DNA of 63,739 bases, the filler included, from Asterionella formosa (Eukaryota): NCBI GenBank assembly GCA_002256025.1. It is 29 parts of 29 records of this genome, joined end to end, with 100 filler letters (N's around TTAATTAATTAA, not from the genome) between each part and the next. Parts side by side here need not be neighbours in the genome. Positions count along the whole stretch, not along the records: positions 1 to 1,034 come from NKIB01004810.1; positions 1,135 to 2,168 come from NKIB01004811.1; positions 2,269 to 3,302 come from NKIB01004812.1; positions 3,403 to 4,435 come from NKIB01004813.1; positions 4,536 to 5,568 come from NKIB01004814.1; positions 5,669 to 6,701 come from NKIB01004815.1; positions 6,802 to 7,834 come from NKIB01004816.1; positions 7,935 to 8,967 come from NKIB01004817.1; 21 more parts are not named here. One strand, written 5' to 3'. This document shows, piece by piece, positions 1 through 10,200 of the stretch. The stretch's first letter is position 1, and each line of letters opens with the position of its first letter. Position numbers and translations under genes: made by a program. Below the pieces are notes generated by a model, which saw only the letters and a program-made list of their open reading frames with translations, did no database searches and was not told the DNA's origin.

Positions 1-1034
1 CCCCTCACGGGATGGAAACTTGGCCGTAGTTGAGGGGCCCTCTCCCTTGATGTGCTGGCGGAATCTATCTATGTATTTCGTCCACACAAGGTGACCAATG
101 TCCATCCACTCACCGAAATGTGGTTAAACTAGGTGGAAGCCTGGGGCAAAGAAGATTGGGTACAAATGCACCACCAACAACAATGGGTGCGAAAAGAGTT
201 ATAAAAAAAATAGGAAAAAAGAAATAAAAATTGAAAAAATAAAGTTAAAAAATAAAATAAAAAATATAAAAGAGGGGAAGAAAAGGAACCCGGCCCTGGG
301 AGGGAAATGGCAAGTAGCAACACAACTTAGTACTGTTTTGTGCTCAACAGTGAAGTGATTGCCACTACCTCCCCCACCGAACAACGGGGAGGGGATAGGA
401 TTCTTGATGCTATGGGTGGCATGCACTGGAGTTCTGTCTCCTACCCCACTCCCACCCGAGTATTCACTATCGTGACTACTCGCGGGACCTCTCTCTAAGC
501 CTGGCAGGTCGAGATGCGGTTCCGGGCACGGGGAGACCAAAAAAGTGCCGAAACAAACATGTGCTTCGACAAATTATAGGAATCGACGGAGTGTCGTTCC
601 ACCCGCAGCTCCTCGGGGGCTGAACCAAGAAATTGGGACAGCTGAATTTGTGCAGGAGACTGGAGATTCTGCCAGAACAGCGTTTGTGGGCCCTTTCCAA
701 GGGGGGACACAAGGAGAGGAGGAAAAGGAACCAGGAGGAGAAGGAAGCATGGGGAGACCACAGGGTGGTGACCAGAGAGTAGGAGAGAACAGGGGACCAC
801 ATGGGGAGTTTCCAACACGGCTCCCGGCGCGGCTCATACGACAGGATGCAGTCCGAAATGACCAAGTCCAGTTGTGTGTTTGGGGGGAAGAGGGCAGTCT
901 CACTATATTCTGGGAACGCCTCTCTTACCTCTGTCGTGCATCGACGATTGTTGACCATGTGACGAAAGTGGTTCGGGTCTGGCAGGAATGCAAGGCACGC
1001 ATCAGATTCGACATTTGGGTAACAAGCGCCTATG
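1..1034 (+). mobile_element. Non-LTR retrotransposon (LINE), 5' region and start of the long ORF
   Basis: 805-1034 is nearly identical to 10201-10430, which runs directly into an APE endonuclease domain. ORF 545-1034 is open to the contig end. Confidence 0.8.
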
Positions 1035-1134
1035 NNNNNNNNNNNNNNNNNNNNNNNNNNNNNNNNNNNNNNNNNNNNTTAATTAATTAANNNNNNNNNN
1101 NNNNNNNNNNNNNNNNNNNNNNNNNNNNNNNNNN
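1035..1134. other. Artificial contig spacer N44-TTAATTAATTAA-N44 (first of 28; the others start at 2169, 3303, 4436, 5569, 6702, 7835, 8968, 10101, 11234, 27885, 29018, 45660, 46792, 47924, 49055, 50186, 51317, 52448, 53577, 54708, 55838, 56968, 58098, 59228, 60358, 61485, 62611)
   Basis: Identical 100-nt block with stops in all six frames, repeated between unrelated sequences of near-identical length. Confidence 0.99.
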
Positions 1135-1136
1135 CA

Positions 1137-1772
1137 TTACTTTCCAACAATATCGACATGTTTTGGAAAACTTTGTCTATGGTCATTCCCGGTTCTGTGC
1201 TGCAATCACTTGTAAGTGACGCAACATATGTCAGGAAGAGTATGCCTCACACCTGTACATTGTTGCACACTGCTGTAAATCACTCAAATGTTTCTCAGGA
1301 GCCACATTTTGACTATCAGCAGGCAGAACTGGTAGTCAATGACTTCGAAAAGTGCCTTCCTTGGGGATTGGATATGTCCCTAGGTGCTGGTGGTTTCTCT
1401 ATAAATGTCTGGGATGGCGAGTCATTTGAGTCTAACCTCATTTTAGATCGAAAAGGTACAGGTAAAGCGGAATTCAAGCAACATGCCATGGAACATGTAA
1501 ACCAACATGCGATGCTTCTTCGCATTCCCTTCAAGTACATCTTCTTAATGCGAGGTGATACAGTTCATGCAGGTGCTATGGATAATCACCTAAGCAATGG
1601 TGCATTGAGACTTCACATGTATTTGTCGCCTGGTTCCACTCCAGAGCAAAACTCAGTTGCTATTTGCAAAAGATTCGGAAATGCCATTAACACAAAAGCA
1701 AATGGTACAGAGCGTATCCCTCCATCACTAGTTTCGTTTTTGCTTGATTCCTATGGGGAAAGATGGAAGTAA
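1137..1772 (+). CDS. 2OG-Fe(II) dioxygenase-like (DSBH/PhyH-like) protein, possibly 5'-partial, within a repeated element
   Basis: QEPHFDY (HxD), RGDTVHAGA (distal His) and LRLHMYL (2OG-binding Arg) occur in the expected order. The frame is open to the contig start. The 3' end and downstream flank are repeated at 2269-2692. Confidence 0.7.
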   Translation, partial: LLSNNIDMFWKTLSMVIPGSVLQSLVSDATYVRKSMPHTCTLLHTAVNHSNVSQEPHFDYQQAELVVNDFEKCLPWGLDMSLGAGGFSINVWDGESFESNLILDRKGTGKAEFKQHAMEHVNQHAMLLRIPFKYIFLMRGDTVHAGAMDNHLSNGALRLHMYLSPGSTPEQNSVAICKRFGNAINTKANGTERIPPSLVSFLLDSYGERWK

Positions 1773-1875
1773 GAATTTTTTTTACTCATAAATAGTTACT
1801 AACAAAATGGTTATTTGTTTTTAATCAAGTACAGCCATTTGCAAATAACCGGACGCTGGTGTCGTATCTTTTACT

Positions 1876-2102
1876 CCATCGACCGAGTCGGACAGAAGTG
1901 TCATGTATATGACAAGTCTCTTCGTTCCAACCACTCCTCATATTCGAAACCGTTTGATTCGTCGTTGTGGCAAGTTTTGTTGCGCAGGAAGTCACAAATA
2001 GGCGGGAGACATCCATCGACCAAGTCAGACAGAAGTGTCAGGTCAGTTCTTGTCACATCTCTTCGTTCCAACTCCTCTTATTCGAAACCGTTTGATACGG
2101 CG
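1876..2102 (+). repeat. Two direct repeats of about 90 bp (period about 136 bp) downstream of the oxygenase
   Basis: CCATCGACCRAGTCRGACAGAAGTGTCA...TCTCTTCGTTCCAAC...TATTCGAAACCGTTTGAT at about 1876 and about 2012. Confidence 0.85.
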
Positions 2103-2268
2103 GGATACAACCTTCCTCGCTGTTTCCCAAGTCCAATGGTACCACCAGAATGCAGCAAAGTTTTCTTCNNNNNNNNNNNNNNNNNNNNNNNNNNNNNNNN
2201 NNNNNNNNNNNNTTAATTAATTAANNNNNNNNNNNNNNNNNNNNNNNNNNNNNNNNNNNNNNNNNNNN

Positions 2269-2692
2269 GTGGTACCATTGGACTTGGGAAACAGCGAGGA
2301 AGGTTGTATCCCGCCGTATCAAACGGTTTCGAATAAGAGGAGTTGGAACGAAGAGATGTGACAAGAACTGCCCTGACACTTCTGTCCGACTTGGTTGATG
2401 GATGTCTCCCGCCTATTTGTGACTTCCTGCGCAACACAACAAAACTTGCCACAACGACGAATCAAACGGTTTCGAATATGAGGAGAGGTTGGAACGAAGA
2501 GACTTGTCATAAACGTGACACTTTTGTCCGACTCGGTCGATGGAGCAAAAGAAACGACACCAGCATCCGGTTATTTGCAAATGGCTGTACTTGATTAAAA
2601 AAAATAGCCATTTTGATAGTAACTATTTATGAGTAAATAAAAATTCTTACTTCCATCTTTCCCCATAGGAACCAAGCAAAAACGAAACTAGT
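2269..2692 (-). repeat. Second, inverted copy of the oxygenase 3' end and flank (matches about 1727-2145)
   Basis: Reverse-complement match with scattered substitutions. Similarity stops abruptly at ACTAGT (2687-2692). Confidence 0.92.
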
Positions 2693-2872
2693 CCTGATGA
2701 GGAATACTGTGTCGTCGATCCGGAAAGTGGGGAACTCATTCGTCTCACAGTAGCCGAAAAGGAGCGTATCTTTCTGGACGCGCTTCAGTCCTACGATGCC
2801 GCTGAAAAGCAAATGCTCAAGGATGACGAGTTTGACCTATTGAAGGAAGATTTGCAATGGAAGAACGGATCT
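2693..2872 (+). pseudogene. PGRL1: Isolated fragment of PGR5-like protein 1
   Basis: Translates to PDEEYCVVDPESGELIRLTVAEKERIFLDALQSYDAAEKQMLKDDEFDLLKEDLQWKNGS, matching the PGRL1 block E.E..FL.ALQS.Y.....M...EFD.LKE.L.W.GS. No start codon and no downstream continuation. Confidence 0.8.
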
Positions 2873-2986
2873 GAGCATATATATAGCTAAAACAAGGAAA
2901 GACGACACAACAATGAACGTGATGGCTGGTTGTTGAGGATACCTGTAGTATGTGATATGCATCAGTCCATATCACAAATCATATTG

Positions 2987-3302
2987 GGGGTAGTCGGAGT
3001 AGTACCGGTAAACTAGCAACAGAACACCATATGTTAAGGACTGTTGCTACTGCAGTGGGACAGTAAATCATCATAGTTTTAGGATCGTATGATCATAAAA
3101 CTAAAAACCAAAAGAACACCATATGTTCATGACTGTTGCTACTGCAGTGGGACAGTAAATCATCATAATTTAGGATCGTATGATCGTAAAACTAAAAACC
3201 AATGGAATACCATATATTCAGGACTGTTGCTACTACCGTGGGACAATAAATCATCATAGTTCTAGGATTGTTTGTTCGTAAAACTAAAAACCAATAGTCG
3301 GA
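2987..3302 (+). repeat. Minisatellite of about 91-92 bp (3 units) within a dispersed repeat family
   Basis: Unit GAACACCATATGTTCAGGACTGTTGCTACTGCAGTGGGACAGTAAATCATCATAGTTTTAGGATCGTATGATCGTAAAACTAAAAACCAAT starts at 3022, 3114 and 3205. Confidence 0.95.
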
Positions 3303-3425
3303 NNNNNNNNNNNNNNNNNNNNNNNNNNNNNNNNNNNNNNNNNNNNTTAATTAATTAANNNNNNNNNNNNNNNNNNNNNNNNNNNNNNNNNNNNNNNNNN
3401 NNACTTTTGTTTTGACACAGCGAAA

Positions 3426-4024
3426 ATGAGCAATGATAGCGACTCATCAGATGATGATCGCTTCTTCCACTTTTGCAATATGCGGAAGCAAATCGGAAAG
3501 ACCAAGCAAGAAAGAAACAAGGGAGGAGGATCGAAAGTTTGAAAGGCATCCAATCTCAATCGTTTTTGGACAGACTATGACAAGCTTTTGAAAAAAGATT
3601 ATTTCGGTGAAAATCCAATTTACTTGTCAGCAATGTTCACGAGGCGCTTCCGGATGAGACATTCGTTGTTTGAGAAGATCCTTGATGATTTGGTTGCTTC
3701 GGATCCTTACTTTTCTCAGAAGAAGGATGCCTTGGGTTTACTGGGATTTTCGCCACACCAAAAACTTACCTCGGCGCTTTGCATGTTAGCCTATGGAACA
3801 TCGGCTGATCAGTTGGACGATTTAACAACAAGGATGTCAGAGTCAACAACACTCAACAATTTGCAACACTTCTTTAACGCAATAATCAACAGGTATGGGA
3901 AAGAGTATCTTAGCTAGAGCTCCGACCAAAGAGGACCTTGGATGATTCTACGTTTGCAGAAAGAAAAGGGTTGGCCGGGGCTTCTTGGTTCATTGGAAGT
4001 CATGCACAGAGGAGCATATCAAGG
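3426..4024 (+). mobile_element. PIF/Harbinger transposase, degenerate N-terminal half
   Basis: DYFGENPIY...FTRRFRMRHSLF...QKKDALGLLGFSPHQKLTSALCMLAYG...GWPGLLGSL.VMH, with stops and frameshifts. Confidence 0.9.
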
Positions 4025-4535
4025 AACGTCTGTAAATAAAAACTATCATGAATATAGAATCAAGGGTATCGTACCCTAAGTGGCACAGGATTTTTACAAA
4101 TATGATAATTTTTGATCAAAAATATGATCAATGTATCATATAATTATGATCATGCAGTAAACCTTTACCGAGCTTGAAGTATGATGATACTATCATAGTT
4201 ACATATCATTGCATCATATAATTAGCTAGTTAAACATGGTCATGTGATGTGTACACTTTTGTCATACATCTATCTTAGCATGATCGTAATTCTCATCGAT
4301 ATCACTGTCTAAAACAGGATGAAATTGATCGAAATTTAGAACCATATTTAAGAGTGGTTTTATGTTTCTATATTTTGAGTGGCTACAGAATGTTCTACAA
4401 CAATGCTCTCATCTCAATGATTGGTACTTCAGCTTNNNNNNNNNNNNNNNNNNNNNNNNNNNNNNNNNNNNNNNNNNNNTTAATTAATTAANNNNNNNNN
4501 NNNNNNNNNNNNNNNNNNNNNNNNNNNNNNNNNNN

Positions 4536-5421
4536 CATTCAAAGCCAAGTCCCAAAGTTCTGAACAACATTTTATTTGAATGTCAGCATTCTGTTCATTC
4601 ATTTGCATCTTTGAAAGAATTGCAGCAATCGCATTGCGGTTCTTGTTTGCATCAATGGGTTTGGTTATATCATTTAGTAAATCGTCACCAATTGAATTAC
4701 TAGAGAGATAAAGTGTAGTCAAGACAGTATTGTCCTTGAGAGCCTCTGCAATGGCCTTGGCTCCGTCAACACCAATTGAATTACTTCCGAGATCAAGTGT
4801 AGTCATGACAGTATTGAACTTGAGAGCCTCTGCAATGGCCTTGGCTCCGTCATCACCAATTTAATTACTATAGAGATAAAGTGTAGTCATGACAGTATTG
4901 TCCTTGAGTGCCTCTGCAATGGCCTTGGCTCCGTCAACACCAATTGAATTATTACTGATATAAAGTGTAGTCAAGACAGTATTGAACTTGAGAGCCTCTG
5001 CAATGGCCTTGGCTCCGTCAACACCAATTGAATTATTACTGAGACCAAGTGTAGTCAAGACAGTATTGACCTTGAGAGCCTCTGCAATGGCCTTGGCTCC
5101 GTCAACACCAATTGAGTTATAATCAACATCAAGTGTAGTCAAGACAGTATTGACCTCGAGAGCCTCTGCAATGGCCTTGGCTCCGTCATCACCAATTGAA
5201 TTACATTGGAGATAAAGTATAGTCAAGACAGTATTGTCCTTGAGAGCCTCTGCAATGGCCTTGGCTCCGTCATCACCAATTGAAATATTTCCGAGAAGAA
5301 GTGTAGTCAAGACACCAATTGAATGATCAGAGAGACGAAGTTCAGTCAAACTTGGATCATTCGCTTTCAACCGTTTGACAGATTTCTCCAGTTTTGTTTT
5401 CCAACCAAAGGCTCGTAGCAT
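4536..5421 (-). pseudogene. RI/NLRC3-like 28-aa LRR protein followed by an ARM-like repeat; one in-frame stop; 3'-truncated by the contig end
   Basis: About 7 full 84-bp units VLTTLxLxxNSIGxDGAKAIAEALKxNT. TCA>TAA at 4861-4863 and the frame continues. C-terminal AIAAILSKMQMNEQNADIQIKCCSELWDLALN. Confidence 0.85.
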
Positions 5422-5744
5422 TGTCAATGTCGTCTTGAATGTAATGAGAGTTGTCTAATGTTCATTCGAGCGACTTCTTTGTTCTTGTTTGTTCGTGTTA
5501 AAACTCCTTTTCTTGTCGTCGTTGTCGTAATTGAAAAGTAATTCTTGAGCCCTTCTTCTGCCAAAATANNNNNNNNNNNNNNNNNNNNNNNNNNNNNNNN
5601 NNNNNNNNNNNNTTAATTAATTAANNNNNNNNNNNNNNNNNNNNNNNNNNNNNNNNNNNNNNNNNNNNCTATAGAGTTCTACATGAAGAGACAATAGTGA
5701 ATGTACTGTAATTATGTATGCACTCATTGAACTATAAACGTTAG

Positions 5745-5998
5745 CTTGCCGGCGCGAGCCACAATCTAAACCAATAGAAATGCTCCTTTTATTTGGCTAC
5801 GGTCGGAGTCTAATCGACCAACTACCTGATTTTTGGTCGATAAGGGGGTCATCCTCGATCAAGACCAAAGCATATTTGGTCTTGGTCGATGCGGTGGCTA
5901 AAATTTTTTTGCTTTTTCGACCAACACAACGCATCATGACGTGTACTGACCCGCAACTTCAATTGGCTTGGTATTTGGTCGATGCGGTGGCGATGCTC
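5745..5998 (+). mobile_element. PIF/Harbinger 3' terminus (subterminal TCGACCAA motifs, TIR, TTA target)
   Basis: Reverse complement of 37064-37320, which abuts a Harbinger transposase. Ends ...GGTCGATGCGGTGGCGATGCTC followed by TTA. Confidence 0.8.
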
Positions 5999-6801
5999 TT
6001 ACACTCCCATCGGGACATGGCTTGCCGAGTACTGGTATACAGTCGACCAGGTTTCATACTATGTAGCAGAATATAGCTTTGCTATTAGGTACATATGATA
6101 TTAAGCACAATAGCTATAGAAAAAAACAATTGTAGAAGCAATTCGAACTCTTCATCTTGTTTTTGTGCTACTATAGTGCTGCTTCTATTTTTGAAGGCAT
6201 ATTCCATTGCTGTTCTTTTTGTCCAAGCAAGTTTGGTGGCAAACTCTTCTGACTTCTCTGCTTTACCAAAAGTCTTCAATGGAGTGACATTAGGAATGTT
6301 CCCCAATCCCTGCCTTCACACTAGCTAGTAGCACTTGCCCTTTCCATAGCGTGCACTACTGGATCAGACTCCTTGTTTGCAGATTTGGCTCCATTTATAT
6401 TGTTTGCTTTCATTTTTGGTTGGTCTCCTTTGATTTTCATATGCTCCTGAGTCTTGGTATGATCTGTTGTATAATAATCCATCATGTCTTGATTTCTGTA
6501 CTTTGTTCTTTCAATATCATCGCAAATGCGAAACCTTCTTGAATTGTCTGCTGTTGCTCCTTTTTATTCCTGTACATCTAAGACGCGAAATACGCCACTT
6601 TTCGAAATTTCGTCTACGTATGAGTGTTAATTATGTGGTACTTCACATGCATTAATGCCACTCTTCACGTAAAAAAGATTACTTTTAACGGTTTCATGTG
6701 ANNNNNNNNNNNNNNNNNNNNNNNNNNNNNNNNNNNNNNNNNNNNTTAATTAATTAANNNNNNNNNNNNNNNNNNNNNNNNNNNNNNNNNNNNNNNNNNN
6801 N

Positions 6802-7834
6802 ATATGTACCAATGGCAAGAAAAACTTTGATAGACATAGCCAAGATGGTTGGTGCAAAAGATTCAGTGTAATCTACTCCTTTGATTTGGAAACTGCCATT
6901 CACACAGAGGCGAACTTTGCGATCATTGATTTGTTTTGCAGTATTAAGGACATGTTTGAGAACCAGTACAGCTGGAAGTATTGTTGCATTGACAGGAGGG
7001 AGTGATGGAGGTCCAAATGTGCCAATACTGTGGCAACTATCAAGATGTGAGAATAGTGCTGCAGTCCACTCCCCTTTAAATGGTGCTTTCATTGCTTCGT
7101 GAAAAGAGCGAGGGCATTGGCTGGCTGGCGTAGAAGTTATCAATGAGACTGTGAACCCTGATCTGAGCATACTGAGATCACCTGCACCAAAAGTGAAGGT
7201 GTCGTGCCATAGAGCATTAGCGCAAGGTTTCTTCACAGACAGGATGGATAAGTTTGTAAGAATACCAGGGACAAAGTGAGGGTCATAGTGATCCCTTAAG
7301 GATAAACGACCATGGGTTGCGCTCACATATCCATCTAATAACTCTTCTGCATCATTTACCGTTCAAACATCATTACCATTAATCTGTAACAGAATGCGAC
7401 CACGGAGTAATTGCGTAGGTCCTTTGGTCATACGTCGTCCAAAGGCACTGCAAGGTTCAATACCAGTAATTTCGCAGCGAGCCAAATCAGGGAGATATTC
7501 TAACATCAGTCCATGGGCTTCATCAGGGAGAAGATCTGAAATTTCCGTTATAGACATGTCATGAGGTAACCACGGCGAACAGCTAGGTATAAGATCATCA
7601 ATAGCATGTCGCAGAGCCATGGTGTGCGTTGCTACTGATTAATCACCAGCTGGATGATCTAAGAGCGCCTTGGCAGCTGGCGAACGATCACTGGGAAGAC
7701 GATGGATGCACAATTCATCAACTACTGCATGATGTGCATATTGAATCCGACCAGAGTCACCAATATATTGATATATATGAGCTGTTCCTTGAAAACCCAC
7801 AAAAGTGCCAAGAAGTGTATTGGATTCTGGTCTG
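6802..7834 (-). mobile_element. Ty1/Copia pol fragment (INT-RT linker and RT start), copy with two nonsense changes
   Basis: PRSFHEAMK...W...KVRLCVNGSFQIKGVDYTESFAP. Differs from 7935-8967 at about 12 sites, including CGA>TGA (about 7365) and CAA>TAA (about 7641). Confidence 0.93.
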
Positions 7835-7934
7835 NNNNNNNNNNNNNNNNNNNNNNNNNNNNNNNNNNNNNNNNNNNNTTAATTAATTAANNNNNNNNNN
7901 NNNNNNNNNNNNNNNNNNNNNNNNNNNNNNNNNN

Positions 7935-8967
7935 ATATGTACCAATGGCAAGAAAAACTTTGATAGACATAGCCAAGATGGTTGGTGCAAAAGATTCAGT
8001 GTAATCTACTCCTTTGATTTGGAAACTGCCATTCACACAGAGGCGAACTTTGCGATCATTGATTTGTTTTGCAGTATTAAGGACATGTTTGAGAACCAGT
8101 ACAGCTGGAAGTATTGTTGCATTGACAGGAGGGAGTGATGGAGGTCCAAATGTGCCAATACTGTGGCAACTGTCAAGATGTGAGAATAGTGCTGCAGTCC
8201 ACTCCCCTTTAAATGGTCCTTTCATTGCTTCGTGAAAAGAGCGAGGGCATTGGCTGGCTGGCGTAGAAGTTATCGATGAGACTGTGAACCCTGATCTGAG
8301 CATACTGAGATCACCTGCACCAAAAGTGAAGGTGTCATGCCATAGAGCATTAGCGCGAGGTTTCTTCACAGACAGGATGGTTAAGTTTGTAAGAATACCA
8401 GGGACAAAGTGAGGGTCATAGTGATCCCTTAAAGATAAACGACCATGGGTTGCGCTCACATATCCATCTAATAACTCTTCTGCATCATTTACCGTTCGAA
8501 CATCATTACCATTAATCTGTAACAGAATGCGACCACGGAGTAATTGTGTAGGTCCTTTGGTCATACGTCGTCCAAAGGCACTGCAAGGTTCAATACCAGT
8601 AATTTCGCAGCGAGCCAAATCAGGGAGATATTCTAACATCAGTCCATGGGCTTCATCAGGGAGAAGATCTGAAATTTCCGTTATAGACATGTCATGAGGT
8701 AACCACGGCGAACAGCTAGGTATAAGATCATCAATAGCATGTCGCAGAGCCATGGTGTGCGTTGCTACTGATTGATCACCAGCTGGATGATCTAGGAGCG
8801 CCTTGGCAGCTGGCGAACGATCACTGGGAAGACGATGGACGCACAATTCATCAACTACTGCATGATGTGCATATTGAATCCGACCAGAGTCACCAATATA
8901 TTGATATATATGAGCTGTTCCTTGAAAACCCACAAAAGTGCCAAGAAGTGTATTGGATTCTGGTCTG
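7935..8967 (-). mobile_element. Ty1/Copia pol fragment (INT-RT linker and RT start), open copy
   Basis: Uninterrupted ORF with RVT_2 N-terminal motifs. Same end points as the previous contig. Confidence 0.93.
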
Positions 8968-9067
8968 NNNNNNNNNNNNNNNNNNNNNNNNNNNNNNNNN
9001 NNNNNNNNNNNTTAATTAATTAANNNNNNNNNNNNNNNNNNNNNNNNNNNNNNNNNNNNNNNNNNNN

Positions 9068-9477
9068 TTTGGTTGTTTGGTGAGAAAAGCAGACGCAACC
9101 ATGTAGCTACAGACACCAAGCGTCAAGAGGAAAAAGTTTCGAGGTCGGTAAATGGTTTCCATAACACGGTGCATTCCGTTTTCTGGCTTTCGGCCATAGT
9201 GCGCTTGGCCTCCGGAGTAATGTGCGGATGTAGAGGGGGCGTCGCTTCTCAGACTACCAAAGAAGTTGGAGGACTGCTCAAAATCATATCTCTTCCTTGA
9301 CTTGTGATTTCCCAAGGTTTTGTAAGCGTCCGAGACTTGTTTGAATCGTTCGACAGTGGCGGTGCCCTTGTTCAAATCAGGATGAGTCTCCAACGACAGT
9401 TTCCGAAACACCCGTTTAATTTCATCGTGAGTTGCATCTCTGCTGACACCAAGGGTATCGTAGTGATCCTTTGCCAT
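9068..9477 (-). CDS. J-domain (DnaJ-type) protein with a C-terminal transmembrane segment, 3'-partial
   Basis: DHYDTLGVSRDATHDEIKRVFRKLSLETHPD...RFKQVSDAYKTLGNHKSRKRYD. Hydrophobic FFLLTLGVCSYMVASAFL. Confidence 0.92.
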
Positions 9478-10200
9478 CCGATTTGATATCAACAGAAGGT
9501 TGTAATGTTTTCCCTTTTATTAGCATACTAGCTTCTTGCAGGGAAATTCTGAAAGTGAAAAAAACGAATCAGCAATTTCTTCGACCTCGTCATGCCCTTC
9601 GTCTTGATAAAGATACCAGGTACCTGGTAACGTACTGAACGATATGGACATACGTAGACTCCTATGAATTTTCATACAGCTAACATACACTCAAATGATA
9701 TTTATTACCCTGTATTGTTTCTGCGTGGCTGGTCCCTCTGCTGTGTGTGGTCTGTCTGACGACGATGATCCGCCTACCCGGTAAGCATGATGACGATGTG
9801 GACTCACTGCCGTGCGTCGGCAGTCTTCACTTCCTGGTACCTGGTACTACGATACCTGGGGTGTACCGGTAAAGCACGAACCCCTTGTTTCGATGTCTTT
9901 TCACTTGCTTTCTTGTACTGGAGTAGAAAGTTACGACAGAGTACACCTATCACAGTCTCACACGACAGACAACATCAACTAGCGGTAATGTACAGTCACC
10001 ATCAACAAGACGTTTCAGGACTTTGCCTGGGGAGCCGTCCAATTGTCTTTGACGGCGACCTAGGCCAAGGTATTGCTATTGTTTTCAATCAAGGCGAATC
10101 NNNNNNNNNNNNNNNNNNNNNNNNNNNNNNNNNNNNNNNNNNNNTTAATTAATTAANNNNNNNNNNNNNNNNNNNNNNNNNNNNNNNNNNNNNNNNNNNN

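Noticed and set aside
1035..1134. Regularly recurring TTAATTAATTAA motif, and ORFs ending in X-runs plus LIN or N
   Set aside because: Artificial concatenation linker. The periodicity of about 1.13 kb reflects contig length ordering, not biology.
1727..2692. Apparent large inverted repeat centred on 2169-2268
   Set aside because: The arms are on different contigs, so the palindrome spans an artificial spacer.
2694..2700. CTGATGA hammerhead core candidates (also about 16770 minus, 49189, 49855, 60009)
   Set aside because: No matching stem II plus GAAA and stem I/III arrangement. Several lie in coding-derived sequence.
3022..3302. CRISPR-like appearance of the 91-bp, 84-bp and 22-bp arrays
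   Set aside because: Units repeat along their full length with no unique spacers, there are no cas genes, and the context is eukaryotic.
4861..4863. Possible stop-codon readthrough or alternative genetic code in the LRR gene
   Set aside because: A single TCA>TAA change in one repeat unit. Other genes here terminate at TAA normally, so a nonsense mutation or sequencing error is simpler.
6802..8967. Apparent tandem duplication of a Copia segment
   Set aside because: Two separate contigs with identical end points (assembly bubble: alleles or paralogues), adjacent only through concatenation. The same applies to 10201-11233 versus 53677-54707.
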